This document shows, piece after piece, positions 1 through 9,325 of a stretch of 64,000 nt of DNA. Within the stretch, counting starts at the first letter, position 1. Each line of letters begins with the position of its first letter. A program made the position numbers and the translations under genes. Below the pieces are notes generated by a model, which saw only the letters and a list, made by a program, of their open reading frames with translations, was not told the DNA's origin and did not search any database. Source of the stretch: Bacteroidia bacterium (lineage in GTDB: Bacteria; Bacteroidota; Bacteroidia; AKYH767-A; OLB10); the NCBI GenBank assembly GCA_016788065.1, contig JAEUTI010000077.1, forward strand, positions 98,628-162,627, read 5' to 3'.

Positions 1-2723
1 TCATAAATACCCGGTGCAGTGAAATCGTACGTTGCTGTAAATGGATACGTAGTTGTTGCAAACGAATTTAATGTTGCAGTTACAACTTCTGATACTACGG
101 GACCTCCATTGACACTATAGAAAACAGGAATATTACTGATTGGTGCAATACCACTATTTTCAACTTCAATATTGATTTCAACATTTGACAGATCGTGACA
201 ATTAAGCAGACTTCCAGATGGAGAGTTAACCTGGCTTAAAGATGCGTCGATTTGTATTGGACAAGAGAATACACCTGGTGCTTTATAGATTGCATTTGCT
301 CTGCGACCTTTGTCATTGCCCGGAGTATATGCTTTTACACTGAACCATTGATCCTGAAAAGGATTTAGTCCTGTTAATATTGCAGATGTTGTGGTTGAAA
401 AGGCAATGGAGTCCATGTAATTTACTCCTAGTCGGCTTACTTCATATCCTACAGCACCGGGAACAGCATTCCATGTTAAGCGCATTGAATCGGGACAAGC
501 CCAATCGACATCAATATTGGTTGGAAGTCCAATGATTGCAAAGTTCTCTGGACTTTGTCCGATGGTAGTACCTCTTGTGATTCTTACCAAAGCTTCTCCG
601 GTAACGGTATTCGGTACTGTCCAGTTATATTGACGAACAGTAGCTCCTACTGAGGGATTAATGGAATTCCAGCTTCCTCCATTATCTGTTGAATATTCCA
701 AATTAAATGAAGAAGTTGCTCCATAGGCATCCCAACGCAACGTTTCCGTTTCACCGGGAACAAATCCTTCATAACCTATGGGATATGTAACATTAATATC
801 AGATCCTACGAACTCATAAACAACATAATATTTTTGAGGACCCTGTGGAATAGCAAAGCCATTTAGAGAGATGGTATAAGTTCCTGCCACCGGACTATCC
901 AATGTAACCTGTTCCATATTATTCAGGTCATCGATACCACGAACAGCAGGGAGGTTTAATGAAGTTGCATTTGGAGAAGGATCAAGAATCCATGGATTCC
1001 AACTGGTAGAAGAAGGATCAGTAACAACCATATTGATATCATTTACCAACGCTTTGGCAGCTAAAGGATCACCTTCAACATCGGTCCATAATACCATCAC
1101 ACGCAACTGTTGTGTATTTGCCGGAACGGTGATTGTGTGATTTATGGTTGCCCCCTGACTGATTTCATCGGTTACATATCTTACATCTTCAAGAGTTGTT
1201 ACAGCACGGAAAGCATTTACCCTACCCCAACCAAATTTAAAATCGGGACCAGCATTTCCTAAATCATCAGCAGTATTTAACAGACATGCTTTTATAAGTG
1301 CTCCTTCAGCATTTGCTCCACCATTCAATTCACGGTATGCATGATGCAATTGAGTAACGATTCCTGCAATTCCCGGACATGCAGCAGAGGTTCCGCCACC
1401 CACCTGATAATCATTTGGACCATCAGTGGAAAGTTGTCCGGCACCATTTGCACAAATATCTGGCTTAACCCTTCCATCAGAAGATGGGCCACGACTTGAA
1501 CTGGCTTCAAGGGCATCTAAGTAATTCAGGTTGCCGCAAGCGATCACATTTTTTCCTTGTTTGTACCCACCGGTAACATTTGCCCATCCTGCTCCGGCGC
1601 CATAACCACAATCTCCTCCACCATTATTTCCTGCTGAATAAACATGCAGCAAGGTTGGATTGTCATGCAATATCTGATCACCTGTTTGTGTATCGGTGGT
1701 ATAATCGTTACATCCTTGTGAGTAAGAAGTAGAAGTAACCATCACGCCCAATGTGGTATTGGTTGTTGGTGAATTTAATACGTGATTGTATCCGTTAATA
1801 TCATATACGTAAATGAAAGTTCCGGTTCCCATGCCGGCTATGGTTGGATTTAAATTACCGGCACCCATTAGAATGCCTGTAGTCATATCTCCGTGCGTTC
1901 CGTTATTTGCAGTTGTATTCGACTGATCAATACGTCCCTGATAATCGATATGGGGACCAACAGGACCATCATCAGCCAAAGCTGCAACCACTCCTGTTCC
2001 ATCATAATGACGGCCCATCGGTGAATAAGAATTGATCACATTGGAACGATGTAAGCTGCGACCTTTTTCATCATCAGGTTCTGATGGCGGTGCAATAGGT
2101 TCTATTCCTGCCACAAAAGGTAAAGATGCGTATTCGTAAATACTTGTTTTAGGTATTCTGATTTCCATCCAGGAACCATAATCATATCGTCTGATTAGTT
2201 GACCGCCTTTGCTTAATAAAGCGGCAGTTACCGGATTAACATCCAGATTTTTATAATACCTGATCACTACATCTACATTTTTGTCATCTGCAGTTGCCCA
2301 ATCAGGGAATGTAGTTCCTTTTAATTGCGATGAAATCTTCCAATCAGTTTGCATCCTGATCACTGATCTTGCGCCGGCAGTACGCAAAGGTTCCAATGAA
2401 GCGTACCTCTGAATAACAGCCATGTAAGCATGGTTAGGGATATAACTAACCAGCTCAATACCGGCAACTTTCAGGGAGGCCTGAGTTGCAGCATCCGGAA
2501 TATCGTTAAATTGAATCAGCCTGAAATAAGAACCGCCAAACACCTCGTCTGGATTAACATCGGGGTTGGCGATAATTGCTTCCAGGTTAGCTTCCGGAGT
2601 TATTCGACCAGCTTTTAAAAGCAAATCAGTTTTACCCGCTGCGGATAACTCTAATGCACTGAAATTCAGCACTAAAAGAATTATAAGCAGCTGTTTAGTT
2701 ACTTTAAATAAGGTTGATTTCAT
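1..2723 (-). CDS. S8 (subtilisin-family) secreted serine peptidase, multi-domain; its 3' end runs off the left edge of the window
   Basis: Absent from the ORF track because the frame is open to position 1. Manual translation from the ATG (complement of 2721-2723) gives MKSTLFKVTKQLLIILLVLNFSA (signal peptide). It also gives the His motif NNGTHGD (His codon 1893-1895), SSRGPSSDGRVKPDI, and the Ser motif GGTSAACPGIAG (Ser codon 1386-1388). Beta-rich P-domain/Fn3/CARDB-like segments follow. Confidence 0.8.
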   Translation of the reverse strand, partial: MKSTLFKVTKQLLIILLVLNFSALELSAAGKTDLLLKAGRITPEANLEAIIANPDVNPDEVFGGSYFRLIQFNDIPDAATQASLKVAGIELVSYIPNHAYMAVIQRYASLEPLRTAGARSVIRMQTDWKISSQLKGTTFPDWATADDKNVDVVIRYYKNLDVNPVTAALLSKGGQLIRRYDYGSWMEIRIPKTSIYEYASLPFVAGIEPIAPPSEPDDEKGRSLHRSNVINSYSPMGRHYDGTGVVAALADDGPVGPHIDYQGRIDQSNTTANNGTHGDMTTGILMGAGNLNPTIAGMGTGTFIYVYDINGYNHVLNSPTTNTTLGVMVTSTSYSQGCNDYTTDTQTGDQILHDNPTLLHVYSAGNNGGGDCGYGAGAGWANVTGGYKQGKNVIACGNLNYLDALEASSSRGPSSDGRVKPDICANGAGQLSTDGPNDYQVGGGTSAACPGIAGIVTQLHHAYRELNGGANAEGALIKACLLNTADDLGNAGPDFKFGWGRVNAFRAVTTLEDVRYVTDEISQGATINHTITVPANTQQLRVMVLWTDVEGDPLAAKALVNDINMVVTDPSSTSWNPWILDPSPNATSLNLPAVRGIDDLNNMEQVTLDSPVAGTYTISLNGFAIPQGPQKYYVVYEFVGSDINVTYPIGYEGFVPGETETLRWDAYGATSSFNLEYSTDNGGSWNSINPSVGATVRQYNWTVPNTVTGEALVRITRGTTIGQSPENFAIIGLPTNIDVDWACPDSMRLTWNAVPGAVGYEVSRLGVNYMDSIAFSTTTSAILTGLNPFQDQWFSVKAYTPGNDKGRRANAIYKAPGVFSCPIQIDASLSQVNSPSGSLLNCHDLSNVEINIEVENSGIAPISNIPVFYSVNGGPVVSEVVTATLNSFATTTYPFTATYDFTAPGIY

Positions 2724-2851
2724 AAAGGTTGTTTTTGGGTTGGACTACCAAAGTACAGCAAATTTCATTTCGGTGCTGTAGTTCATTGAAAAATACCAAA
2801 AAATAACGAAGAATTCCCTTTGAAGGCAGTCAGGTTTTTGGTCATTTTCGT

Positions 2852-2859
2852 TAAATTTG
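2852..2859 (+). promoter_or_regulatory. Bacteroidota -7 box TAAATTTG, 9 nt upstream of ATG 2869
   Basis: Matches TAnnTTTG. Confidence 0.4.
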
Positions 2860-2868
2860 CCTCCCTGT

Positions 2869-3768
2869 ATGGAAGAATTCAGAGAGTCCCTTTTAATTGC
2901 AGTTGCCACACCTGTTTATGCTTTAGTAATTGGAGTTGAAATACTCTTCAGTCACCTCAATCGAAAAAATTTATACAGTACCAAAGGGGTAATCAGTAAT
3001 ATATATCTGATGCTTCTTAATATGGGACTGGATATTGTGATGCGTGGTGTTTGTTTGTTTGTTCTTGATTATTTTTTTAAGTTTCATGTTTTGATCATCG
3101 AAACAAACTGGCTATACTGGATTGCCCTGCTGCTTTTGCAGGATCTGATGTTTTATCTCTTACATGTTGCCGATCATTACTGCCGGTTGTTTTGGGCTGT
3201 GCATGTGACACATCATTCTTCTGAAGAGTTTAATCTCACTGTAGGGTTCCGATCATCTGTGTTTCAACCATTGTATCGGTTTATTTATTTCATCCCACTT
3301 GCATTGCTTGGGTTTAAAGGGATTGATATCATGTTTATGTATTCAGCTACTCAGATTTATGGGATTTTGGTCCATACTCAAACTGTAGGCAAGCTTGGTT
3401 TTTTAGAGTACTTTATGGTTACCCCTTCCCACCATCGGGTGCATCATGGAAGTAATCCGTTATACCTCGATAGAAATATGGGAATGGTTTTTATTATCTG
3501 GGACCGGTTGTTTGGAACTTTTCAGGAAGAAGTGGAACCAGTAAGGTTTGGGTTGACTACCAAAATCGAAACAGATCACCCAGTAAAAATGGTTACTCAT
3601 GAATGGGAAGCTATTTTTTCCGATATTAAAAAAAGTAATTCCGTAAAGGATGTGCTGAAGTATATTTTTTATCGACCGGGCTGGAGTCATGATGGAAGCC
3701 GGTATACTTCTGATGATCTTCGAAAAATCACTTTAGGAAAAAATCAGGCTTCAAATTTCAGTAGCTGA
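2869..3768 (+). CDS. Fatty acid hydroxylase / sterol desaturase-family membrane protein
   Basis: His boxes HVADH, HVTHHSSEEFN and HHRVHHG, plus several TM segments. The track ORF starts at TTG 2857; the first ATG is at 2869. Confidence 0.7.
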   Translation: MEEFRESLLIAVATPVYALVIGVEILFSHLNRKNLYSTKGVISNIYLMLLNMGLDIVMRGVCLFVLDYFFKFHVLIIETNWLYWIALLLLQDLMFYLLHVADHYCRLFWAVHVTHHSSEEFNLTVGFRSSVFQPLYRFIYFIPLALLGFKGIDIMFMYSATQIYGILVHTQTVGKLGFLEYFMVTPSHHRVHHGSNPLYLDRNMGMVFIIWDRLFGTFQEEVEPVRFGLTTKIETDHPVKMVTHEWEAIFSDIKKSNSVKDVLKYIFYRPGWSHDGSRYTSDDLRKITLGKNQASNFSS

Positions 3769-4493
3769 AGTTGATCCCCATCATAAACTCCATAAGTGTT
3801 GTAGTTTATCCATTCACCAAGATTTACATAACGGCTGTTTTGTCCTAATGTAATGTCTAACGGTAAATGCCTGTGACCGAAAATCATAAAATCGTAGTGC
3901 TTTTTTTGAAGCAACTCTTTACAATAAATAATTAACCATTCTTTGTCTTCACCTAAAAATTTTTCATCAGTTGTTCCAGTTGCAATTCGGCTCTTACGCG
4001 AAAAATACAAAGCTAATGGAATGCCAAAATTAGGATGCAATCGGGCAAACAGCCATTGACAAACTTTATTGGCAAATACTTTTTTGATGAACTTGTATCC
4101 ATGGTCACCGGGACCTAAACCATCACCATGACCAATATAAAATTCATGTTTTCCGATGGTTCTGGTAACCGGCTCCCGGTAAATGGTCAACCCTATTTCT
4201 TTGGGAAGGTAATCGAATACCCACATGTCGTGATTCCCGGTAAAGTAATGAAGTTTGATACCTTTATCTGATAGTTCCGCAAGCTTACCCAATAACCTGA
4301 CATACCCCCTTGGGACAGCATGTTTATATTCGAACCAAAAATCAAAAATATCACCCATCAGATAAATCTCGGAAGCATCTTTTTGAACCATATCCAACCA
4401 TCTTACAATGCGTTTTTCCCGAATCAGGCTCTTTTCAGCATCCGGTGCACCTAAATGAAAATCAGAAATGAAATAGATTTTGGTTGGGTTCAT
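3744..4493 (-). CDS. lpxH: UDP-2,3-diacylglucosamine diphosphatase (LpxH-like metallophosphoesterase)
   Basis: N-terminus MNPTKIYFISDFHLG, then GDIFDFW, GNHD and GHGD motifs in the LpxH order. Confidence 0.75.
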   Translation of the reverse strand: MNPTKIYFISDFHLGAPDAEKSLIREKRIVRWLDMVQKDASEIYLMGDIFDFWFEYKHAVPRGYVRLLGKLAELSDKGIKLHYFTGNHDMWVFDYLPKEIGLTIYREPVTRTIGKHEFYIGHGDGLGPGDHGYKFIKKVFANKVCQWLFARLHPNFGIPLALYFSRKSRIATGTTDEKFLGEDKEWLIIYCKELLQKKHYDFMIFGHRHLPLDITLGQNSRYVNLGEWINYNTYGVYDGDQLQLLKFEA

Positions 4494-4507
4494 GGTTAAT
4501 TTTCAGG

Positions 4508-7500
4508 TCAGAATTTTTTGCGAATAACAGCAGGTGCCAACTTATTCAGATTAAGTACAAACCTGATTTGATCAATAAATTTACTGCCATTAGTATCAAG
4601 GTTTCTGGTAATGTCTTCAGATTTAAATAAAGGAACATAAACTTCAAGTATGTCGCGGGCAAGTATCACAGCTACTCCCCCATTATACATCAGTTTATTG
4701 GTAATATCTGGCACAATGGTTCCTATGCCCTCATAAGTACCTGCATCAACATACAATGCCAACGGTGCCGGAGTCGGCAAATCTACAATTAAATTGATTG
4801 CTGCAAGCCATTTGTTGGTTTGACCAAAGGCGGTAGGGATTTTGAACCCTCCATCACGAACCGTAAATTGATGTCCCGGAAAATCTTCAACTTCTGTACG
4901 ACCCAAATACAAATCATCAAATAAATAATCGCCATAACCGGTTACAGAAGACATTCTGAAATTATAGTTCCTGATTTTTTCATCGTTATAAATAAATGCT
5001 CCTGCAAAAAATCGGGCATGAATGCCTTTGTTAAATTTAGCATAACTTAATTTGTAATTGAAAGTAAATGCCGCCTTTAAATGATTTTTTCCCTGCTCAA
5101 AACGCAAATCGGCTTTGTAAGGATCCAGAGTTCTTGAATTCTGATAGGCAAAGCTTAATTCATTGAAATAACTGTTCACCCCTGCAAAAGATTGGCTGTA
5201 TGTGGAATCATTTATTCTGGTATATGAAATCTGATCTTCACTCAATTGAATATGTCGGTATGAAATGGATCGTGCTACCGGCGATCGTGGTGTTGAAGGA
5301 CGAAATTCAGTTTTCAACATCGCCGTCAATCGTTCATAATTAAAGACCGGATTTTTATCGGCTATTTTTTCATCGGATGAATTATTAGATGCAAAAGCGA
5401 AGCGTTTCCCGGTAATAGCTGATTGAATTTGTGAAACTGCTCCGCTTCGGGGGTAAATACTATAACTAACATTTCCCATTCCGGCAATTTCACTGTTTTT
5501 GAAATCATATAATGGAGCCAGACTAAACTCGAATGGTACCGGTGTAAGACTCAAATTCGACAAATAAACACCTGCCATAAATTTGTTGTAATTGTTCCAT
5601 CCTGCCAAAGGCGAAACGTAGATGGTTGTTCTGTTGTAAACAGGCATATATTGTGTAAGAGGCCGGAATGACAGAGGTTTGATTTTTTTAAAGAGTTTGT
5701 TCGGATGGAACGAAGCTGTATTACTTTTTAAGGCGGCTTCATAGCCTTCGTTAATAAATTCAGGTTTAAAATCTGCAGTCTGCAGCACTATTTCTTTTGT
5801 GCCTGAAAAAGATTCTACCCATTGGTGAAAGGGTGATAGATTAATGGTGCCTGAAATTTTCAGAGGTGGGTGGTACTTTCCTGTATTGGAAATGGTGAGT
5901 ATTGTTTTATCTCCTGAATAATTAACGGTTTTGATACGGAATTTTGAAGGTTTGGTAGTTCCAATAATGTCATCAAAAAACCACGAAAGGTCTTTACCGG
6001 AAACTAACTCAAAGGTTTTTCTCAGATCAGTGCCATCAGGATGACGAAATTGCCAGTCGATGTAAAACTTTTTCATGCAGGAATCAAACAGTGATTCTCC
6101 TAAATAGTCGTTCAGGAACTCAAAGGCTAATGCTGTTCTTCGGTACATGATGGCCTCCGAATTGCGACGTGTAAATTTTTCACTGCTGGTATTGATTGCC
6201 TGATCTGCATTAATTAAAGTCTGACGAAGCGACATCCAACGGAAGGCTTCTCTCATCGTTAAATCATTGATTCCGGATAGCTTACCAACGAATCCCATTT
6301 CACCAAGGTCGTGTTTCCCCTTTTCCGCTTCAGCGGGATATTTATTTCGAATGTAGGCTAATTCATAATAGGAATTGATGCCTTCATCAAGCCAGCCTTC
6401 TTTTCGTTCATTAAATCCCAGCACATCAAAAAACCAACTGTGGCCTACTTCATGAACAATCACGTCTTCGAGTGTAAAATCATCACCCGATTCGCCTATA
6501 ATGGTAATCATCGGATATTCCATGCCTTCTCCGGCAGATGAAGTACCATCAATGGCAGTATAGGATGCATGCGGATAGTCACCAATACGTGCTGAATAAT
6601 ACTGAAGACCATCCCGAATGTAATCGAGACTTTTCATCCATAACTGTGGCTCAGAATTGGTGAAGAATGCCCATGTGGCAATGGTTTTTCCTGAACCTGC
6701 AAGTTTGGTCTCCCCTTTTAATACATGAAATCGTTTATCGGCAAACCAGGCAAAATCGTGTACCTTACTTTGCTTGTAAGTTATAGTTTTAAGCTTAGAA
6801 GATGATTCCGGAAAGGAATTGTCGCTTTCAAAAGTGGTTTTAGTTTTAGTTTGAGCAGCAAGCTGTGCCAGCCAAGATGCTTCTCTAGGAGTCATCAGAT
6901 TTCCGGTGGCAGCAACCACATAGTTTTCAGGTAAGGTTATGGTAACTTCAAAAGTGCCGTACTCACTGTAAAATTCTCCCTGATCAAGATAAGGCATTTC
7001 ATTCCAGCCGTTTTTGTCGTACACTGCCGGTTTTGGATACCATTGAACTATCTGGTAAGACTCAGCAATGTGTCCTAACCTGGAAAATCTTCCCGAAGGA
7101 ATCTTAACGCGAAAAGGTGAACTAATGGTAATGGAAGCACCAGGCAGTAAAGGTTCATTCAACTTTAAAGAAATAATATCAACGTATTCCGGATGAAAAG
7201 CAACGTTCACTTTCTGACCATTAATTTTGAAATCGGTGGAATCTATATAGCCCCGGTTTTTTGCTTCAGAAAAATATAGTCCGGTTCGACCGTTTTCGGT
7301 AAGCTGTCTGGCCAGTGCTGTATTTCGGTCTTTATAGGCATTTGGCCAAAGATGCATTTTTATTTCCCGTAACGTATCTCCGGAGTTGTTTTTATAGTCA
7401 ATTGAAATGTTGCCGGTTAGTTCGTGTTTTTCATCATTTAATGAAACATTGATCAGATAATTAACTTCTTGTTGAAAATAACTGCTTTGGGCTGAAACCG

Positions 7501-7567
7501 ATTTTATCAGTAATACGCACATCAAAATCACCAGGCAACACTTTGACAGTAAAGGAGATGATTTCAT
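4508..7567 (-). CDS. M1-family zinc metallopeptidase with a long beta-rich C-terminal extension
   Basis: GMEYP exopeptidase-like motif, HEVGH (6440-6454) and WLDEG for the third zinc ligand. A signal peptide MKSSPLLSKCCLVILMCVLLIKSVSA-Q appears if translation starts at ATG 7567; the track start at ATG 7609 is the alternative. Confidence 0.8.
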   Translation of the reverse strand: MKSSPLLSKCCLVILMCVLLIKSVSAQSSYFQQEVNYLINVSLNDEKHELTGNISIDYKNNSGDTLREIKMHLWPNAYKDRNTALARQLTENGRTGLYFSEAKNRGYIDSTDFKINGQKVNVAFHPEYVDIISLKLNEPLLPGASITISSPFRVKIPSGRFSRLGHIAESYQIVQWYPKPAVYDKNGWNEMPYLDQGEFYSEYGTFEVTITLPENYVVAATGNLMTPREASWLAQLAAQTKTKTTFESDNSFPESSSKLKTITYKQSKVHDFAWFADKRFHVLKGETKLAGSGKTIATWAFFTNSEPQLWMKSLDYIRDGLQYYSARIGDYPHASYTAIDGTSSAGEGMEYPMITIIGESGDDFTLEDVIVHEVGHSWFFDVLGFNERKEGWLDEGINSYYELAYIRNKYPAEAEKGKHDLGEMGFVGKLSGINDLTMREAFRWMSLRQTLINADQAINTSSEKFTRRNSEAIMYRRTALAFEFLNDYLGESLFDSCMKKFYIDWQFRHPDGTDLRKTFELVSGKDLSWFFDDIIGTTKPSKFRIKTVNYSGDKTILTISNTGKYHPPLKISGTINLSPFHQWVESFSGTKEIVLQTADFKPEFINEGYEAALKSNTASFHPNKLFKKIKPLSFRPLTQYMPVYNRTTIYVSPLAGWNNYNKFMAGVYLSNLSLTPVPFEFSLAPLYDFKNSEIAGMGNVSYSIYPRSGAVSQIQSAITGKRFAFASNNSSDEKIADKNPVFNYERLTAMLKTEFRPSTPRSPVARSISYRHIQLSEDQISYTRINDSTYSQSFAGVNSYFNELSFAYQNSRTLDPYKADLRFEQGKNHLKAAFTFNYKLSYAKFNKGIHARFFAGAFIYNDEKIRNYNFRMSSVTGYGDYLFDDLYLGRTEVEDFPGHQFTVRDGGFKIPTAFGQTNKWLAAINLIVDLPTPAPLALYVDAGTYEGIGTIVPDITNKLMYNGGVAVILARDILEVYVPLFKSEDITRNLDTNGSKFIDQIRFVLNLNKLAPAVIRKKF

Positions 7568-7616
7568 AACTGCTGAAAATGATTGAATCATAAGTGAGTA
7601 ATTCTGCATAAAGTTG

Positions 7617-7624
7617 CAAAATTA
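7617..7624 (-). promoter_or_regulatory. -7 box TAATTTTG upstream of the M1 peptidase gene
   Basis: Matches TAnnTTTG on the minus strand. Confidence 0.4.
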
Positions 7625-7691
7625 GTATTATTTTGAGCACTCCTTTATTTCTGAAGAACACATTTAGATTGTTTGATAATTGCGAAACGCT

Positions 7692-8312
7692 ATGGAAATT
7701 AATATGTTATCTCGTTTACCGTTCCGTAATCCGGCACTTTTAGATGCTATTAGTGCAAATGGGTCAATAGTCACAGTACCGGAAGGTACACAACTGGTGA
7801 CTGAGGGGCAACAAATTCGACAGATCCCTTTCATTTTGACCGGTTCAGTAAGGGTTTTTGCATCTCATGATGCCCGGGAGTTGTTGCTATATCACATTCA
7901 TGCTGCAGAAAGTTGTATCATGTCGTTGGCTATCAGCTTACGAAACGAAAATGCCCGGATCAATGCGATAACGGATGAGGATTCGGAAATATTACTGCTC
8001 CCTGTGCAGCGGGTCCAGGAATGGCTGAATGAATTTCCGGAGTTTAATATGATGTTTTACAGCGAGTTTCATAAGCGATACTCCGATTTGGTTGAAACCT
8101 TGCAACAACTTGTTTTTAATAATTTGGAAGGCAGATTGTTGGATTACCTTAAAGATCAAAAGGCGAAATTTTCAGATGGTGTAATTGACTTACGCCACCG
8201 TCAGATAGCCTCTGATTTAGGTACCGCAAGGGAAGTGATATCCAGAATCCTGAAAAAGCTGGAAAAAAATGGTTCAATCATCCAAACCAAAAAGGGTATT
8301 GAAATAAAATAA
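7692..8312 (+). CDS. Crp/Fnr-family transcriptional regulator
   Basis: N-terminal cNMP-binding-like domain and C-terminal HTH (RQIASDLGTAREVISRILKKLEKNG). The track start is TTG 7680; the first ATG is at 7692. Confidence 0.75.
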   Translation: MEINMLSRLPFRNPALLDAISANGSIVTVPEGTQLVTEGQQIRQIPFILTGSVRVFASHDARELLLYHIHAAESCIMSLAISLRNENARINAITDEDSEILLLPVQRVQEWLNEFPEFNMMFYSEFHKRYSDLVETLQQLVFNNLEGRLLDYLKDQKAKFSDGVIDLRHRQIASDLGTAREVISRILKKLEKNGSIIQTKKGIEIK

Positions 8313-8317
8313 GTGTC

Positions 8318-8333
8318 TGTGACTCCTGTCACC
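8318..8333. promoter_or_regulatory. CRP-like palindrome TGTGA-N6-TCACC, 6 nt after the stop of the Crp/Fnr gene and upstream of the DUF2892 gene
   Basis: 9/10 match to TGTGA-N6-TCACA. It could equally be a short GTGAC/GTCAC hairpin. Confidence 0.3.
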
Positions 8334-8458
8334 GGAATCTGGTTAAGCCTCAATGTAATTTTACATCGTGCAAAACAGGGAATAAGGCCAACAAGCCATA
8401 AAGTAACTCTCTGAAAATTGCCTGAAAACAAATCTTAACCAATTTAAATAATATCATT

Positions 8459-8665
8459 ATGAAAAAGAACATGGGAACTGCCGATCGTATCATCAGACTG
8501 ATCCTGGCAGCAGTATTTGCATTACTTTATTTTACCGGAACTGTTACCGGAACTTTCGGAATCGTACTTATGGTTTTTGCAGCCGTTTTTGCGCTTACCA
8601 GTGTGGTTTCTTTCTGCCCAATGTATCCTTTGGTAGGCTTAAACACCTGTCCCGTAAAAAAATAA
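8459..8665 (+). CDS. DUF2892 (YgaP-like) small two-TM membrane protein
   Basis: 68 aa with GTADRIIRLILA, two TM helices and a C-terminal FCPMYPLVGLNTC motif typical of the family. Confidence 0.65.
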   Translation: MKKNMGTADRIIRLILAAVFALLYFTGTVTGTFGIVLMVFAAVFALTSVVSFCPMYPLVGLNTCPVKK

Positions 8666-8690
8666 CCTTCTCAAACCACAAGTTGCCGCA

Positions 8691-8723
8691 AAGCCTTCAC
8701 AAAAGTGAGGGCTTTTGCTTTTT
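8691..8723 (+). terminator. Rho-independent terminator after the DUF2892 gene
   Basis: AAGCCTTCAC aaaa GTGAGGGCTT: a 10-bp stem with one G-U pair, followed by TTGCTTTTT. Confidence 0.7.
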
Positions 8724-8760
8724 ATTCGTATTTTTGAGTCGGATAATTACTATTTTTAAT

Positions 8761-9270
8761 ATGAAGAAAAATCTGATTCTGTTTCTAACCTTACTTTCCT
8801 TTGCCGGGTTGGTTTCTTGCAATTCAACACCTGAAAAAGGGACAACTGCAGAAGATGCTAATGCAACTGCTCCTGTAGCTGCAGTTGACTCGTTTCCCCC
8901 TTCAGGAACACTTTCCGGAGATTCTATTTTCGTTTCAGGAAGGTATGTCTTGTTTTTCGGTACTGATGAACAAATTAAAGATCCGGCAGAACAGGCTGCT
9001 ATTACACAATTCAAAGAAACAGCAGCAGCAGTTATTGATTCCATTAACAGGCAGGGGAATTTACAGGCCACATACTGTGTAGTCAATCATATCGTTGTTA
9101 ACAACAGGGGAAATTCCAGAATGGTCATTTCCAGAACTTATTTTAAAGAGAAAACAGGTATTATTTTGATGGATGGAAATCAACCACCTGAAATCAGAAA
9201 AGGTGTACTTACTGCACCTGAATATCACGCAGCCCTGGCAAAGTTTTTTATGACCAATGTGAATAGCTGA
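8761..9270 (+). CDS. Hypothetical lipoprotein
   Basis: MKKNLILFLTLLSFAGLVSC lipobox starting at ATG 8761. The track's upstream TTG extension (8683) would run through the terminator hairpin. Confidence 0.6.
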   Translation: MKKNLILFLTLLSFAGLVSCNSTPEKGTTAEDANATAPVAAVDSFPPSGTLSGDSIFVSGRYVLFFGTDEQIKDPAEQAAITQFKETAAAVIDSINRQGNLQATYCVVNHIVVNNRGNSRMVISRTYFKEKTGIILMDGNQPPEIRKGVLTAPEYHAALAKFFMTNVNS

Positions 9271-9295
9271 TTTTTATGGCTATTCCCGATAAAAC

Positions 9296-9303
9296 TAATT
9301 TTG
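9296..9303 (+). promoter_or_regulatory. -7 box TAATTTTG, 22 nt upstream of the AsnB-like gene (start of the EPS locus)
   Basis: Matches TAnnTTTG. Confidence 0.45.
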
Positions 9304-9325
9304 TGTTACTAGAAAAGGAGCTTAC

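Noticed and set aside
8683-8760. N-terminal extensions offered by the ORF track: 8683 for the lipoprotein, 59914 for AIM24, 39527 for prmC, 41547 for YigZ, 7609 for the M1 peptidase, and 2857 and 7680 TTG starts.
   Set aside because: The extensions add non-homologous residues ahead of a clean signal peptide or a conserved N-terminus. They also run through a terminator hairpin (8691-8714) or into the neighbouring gene. Internal ATG starts fit better.
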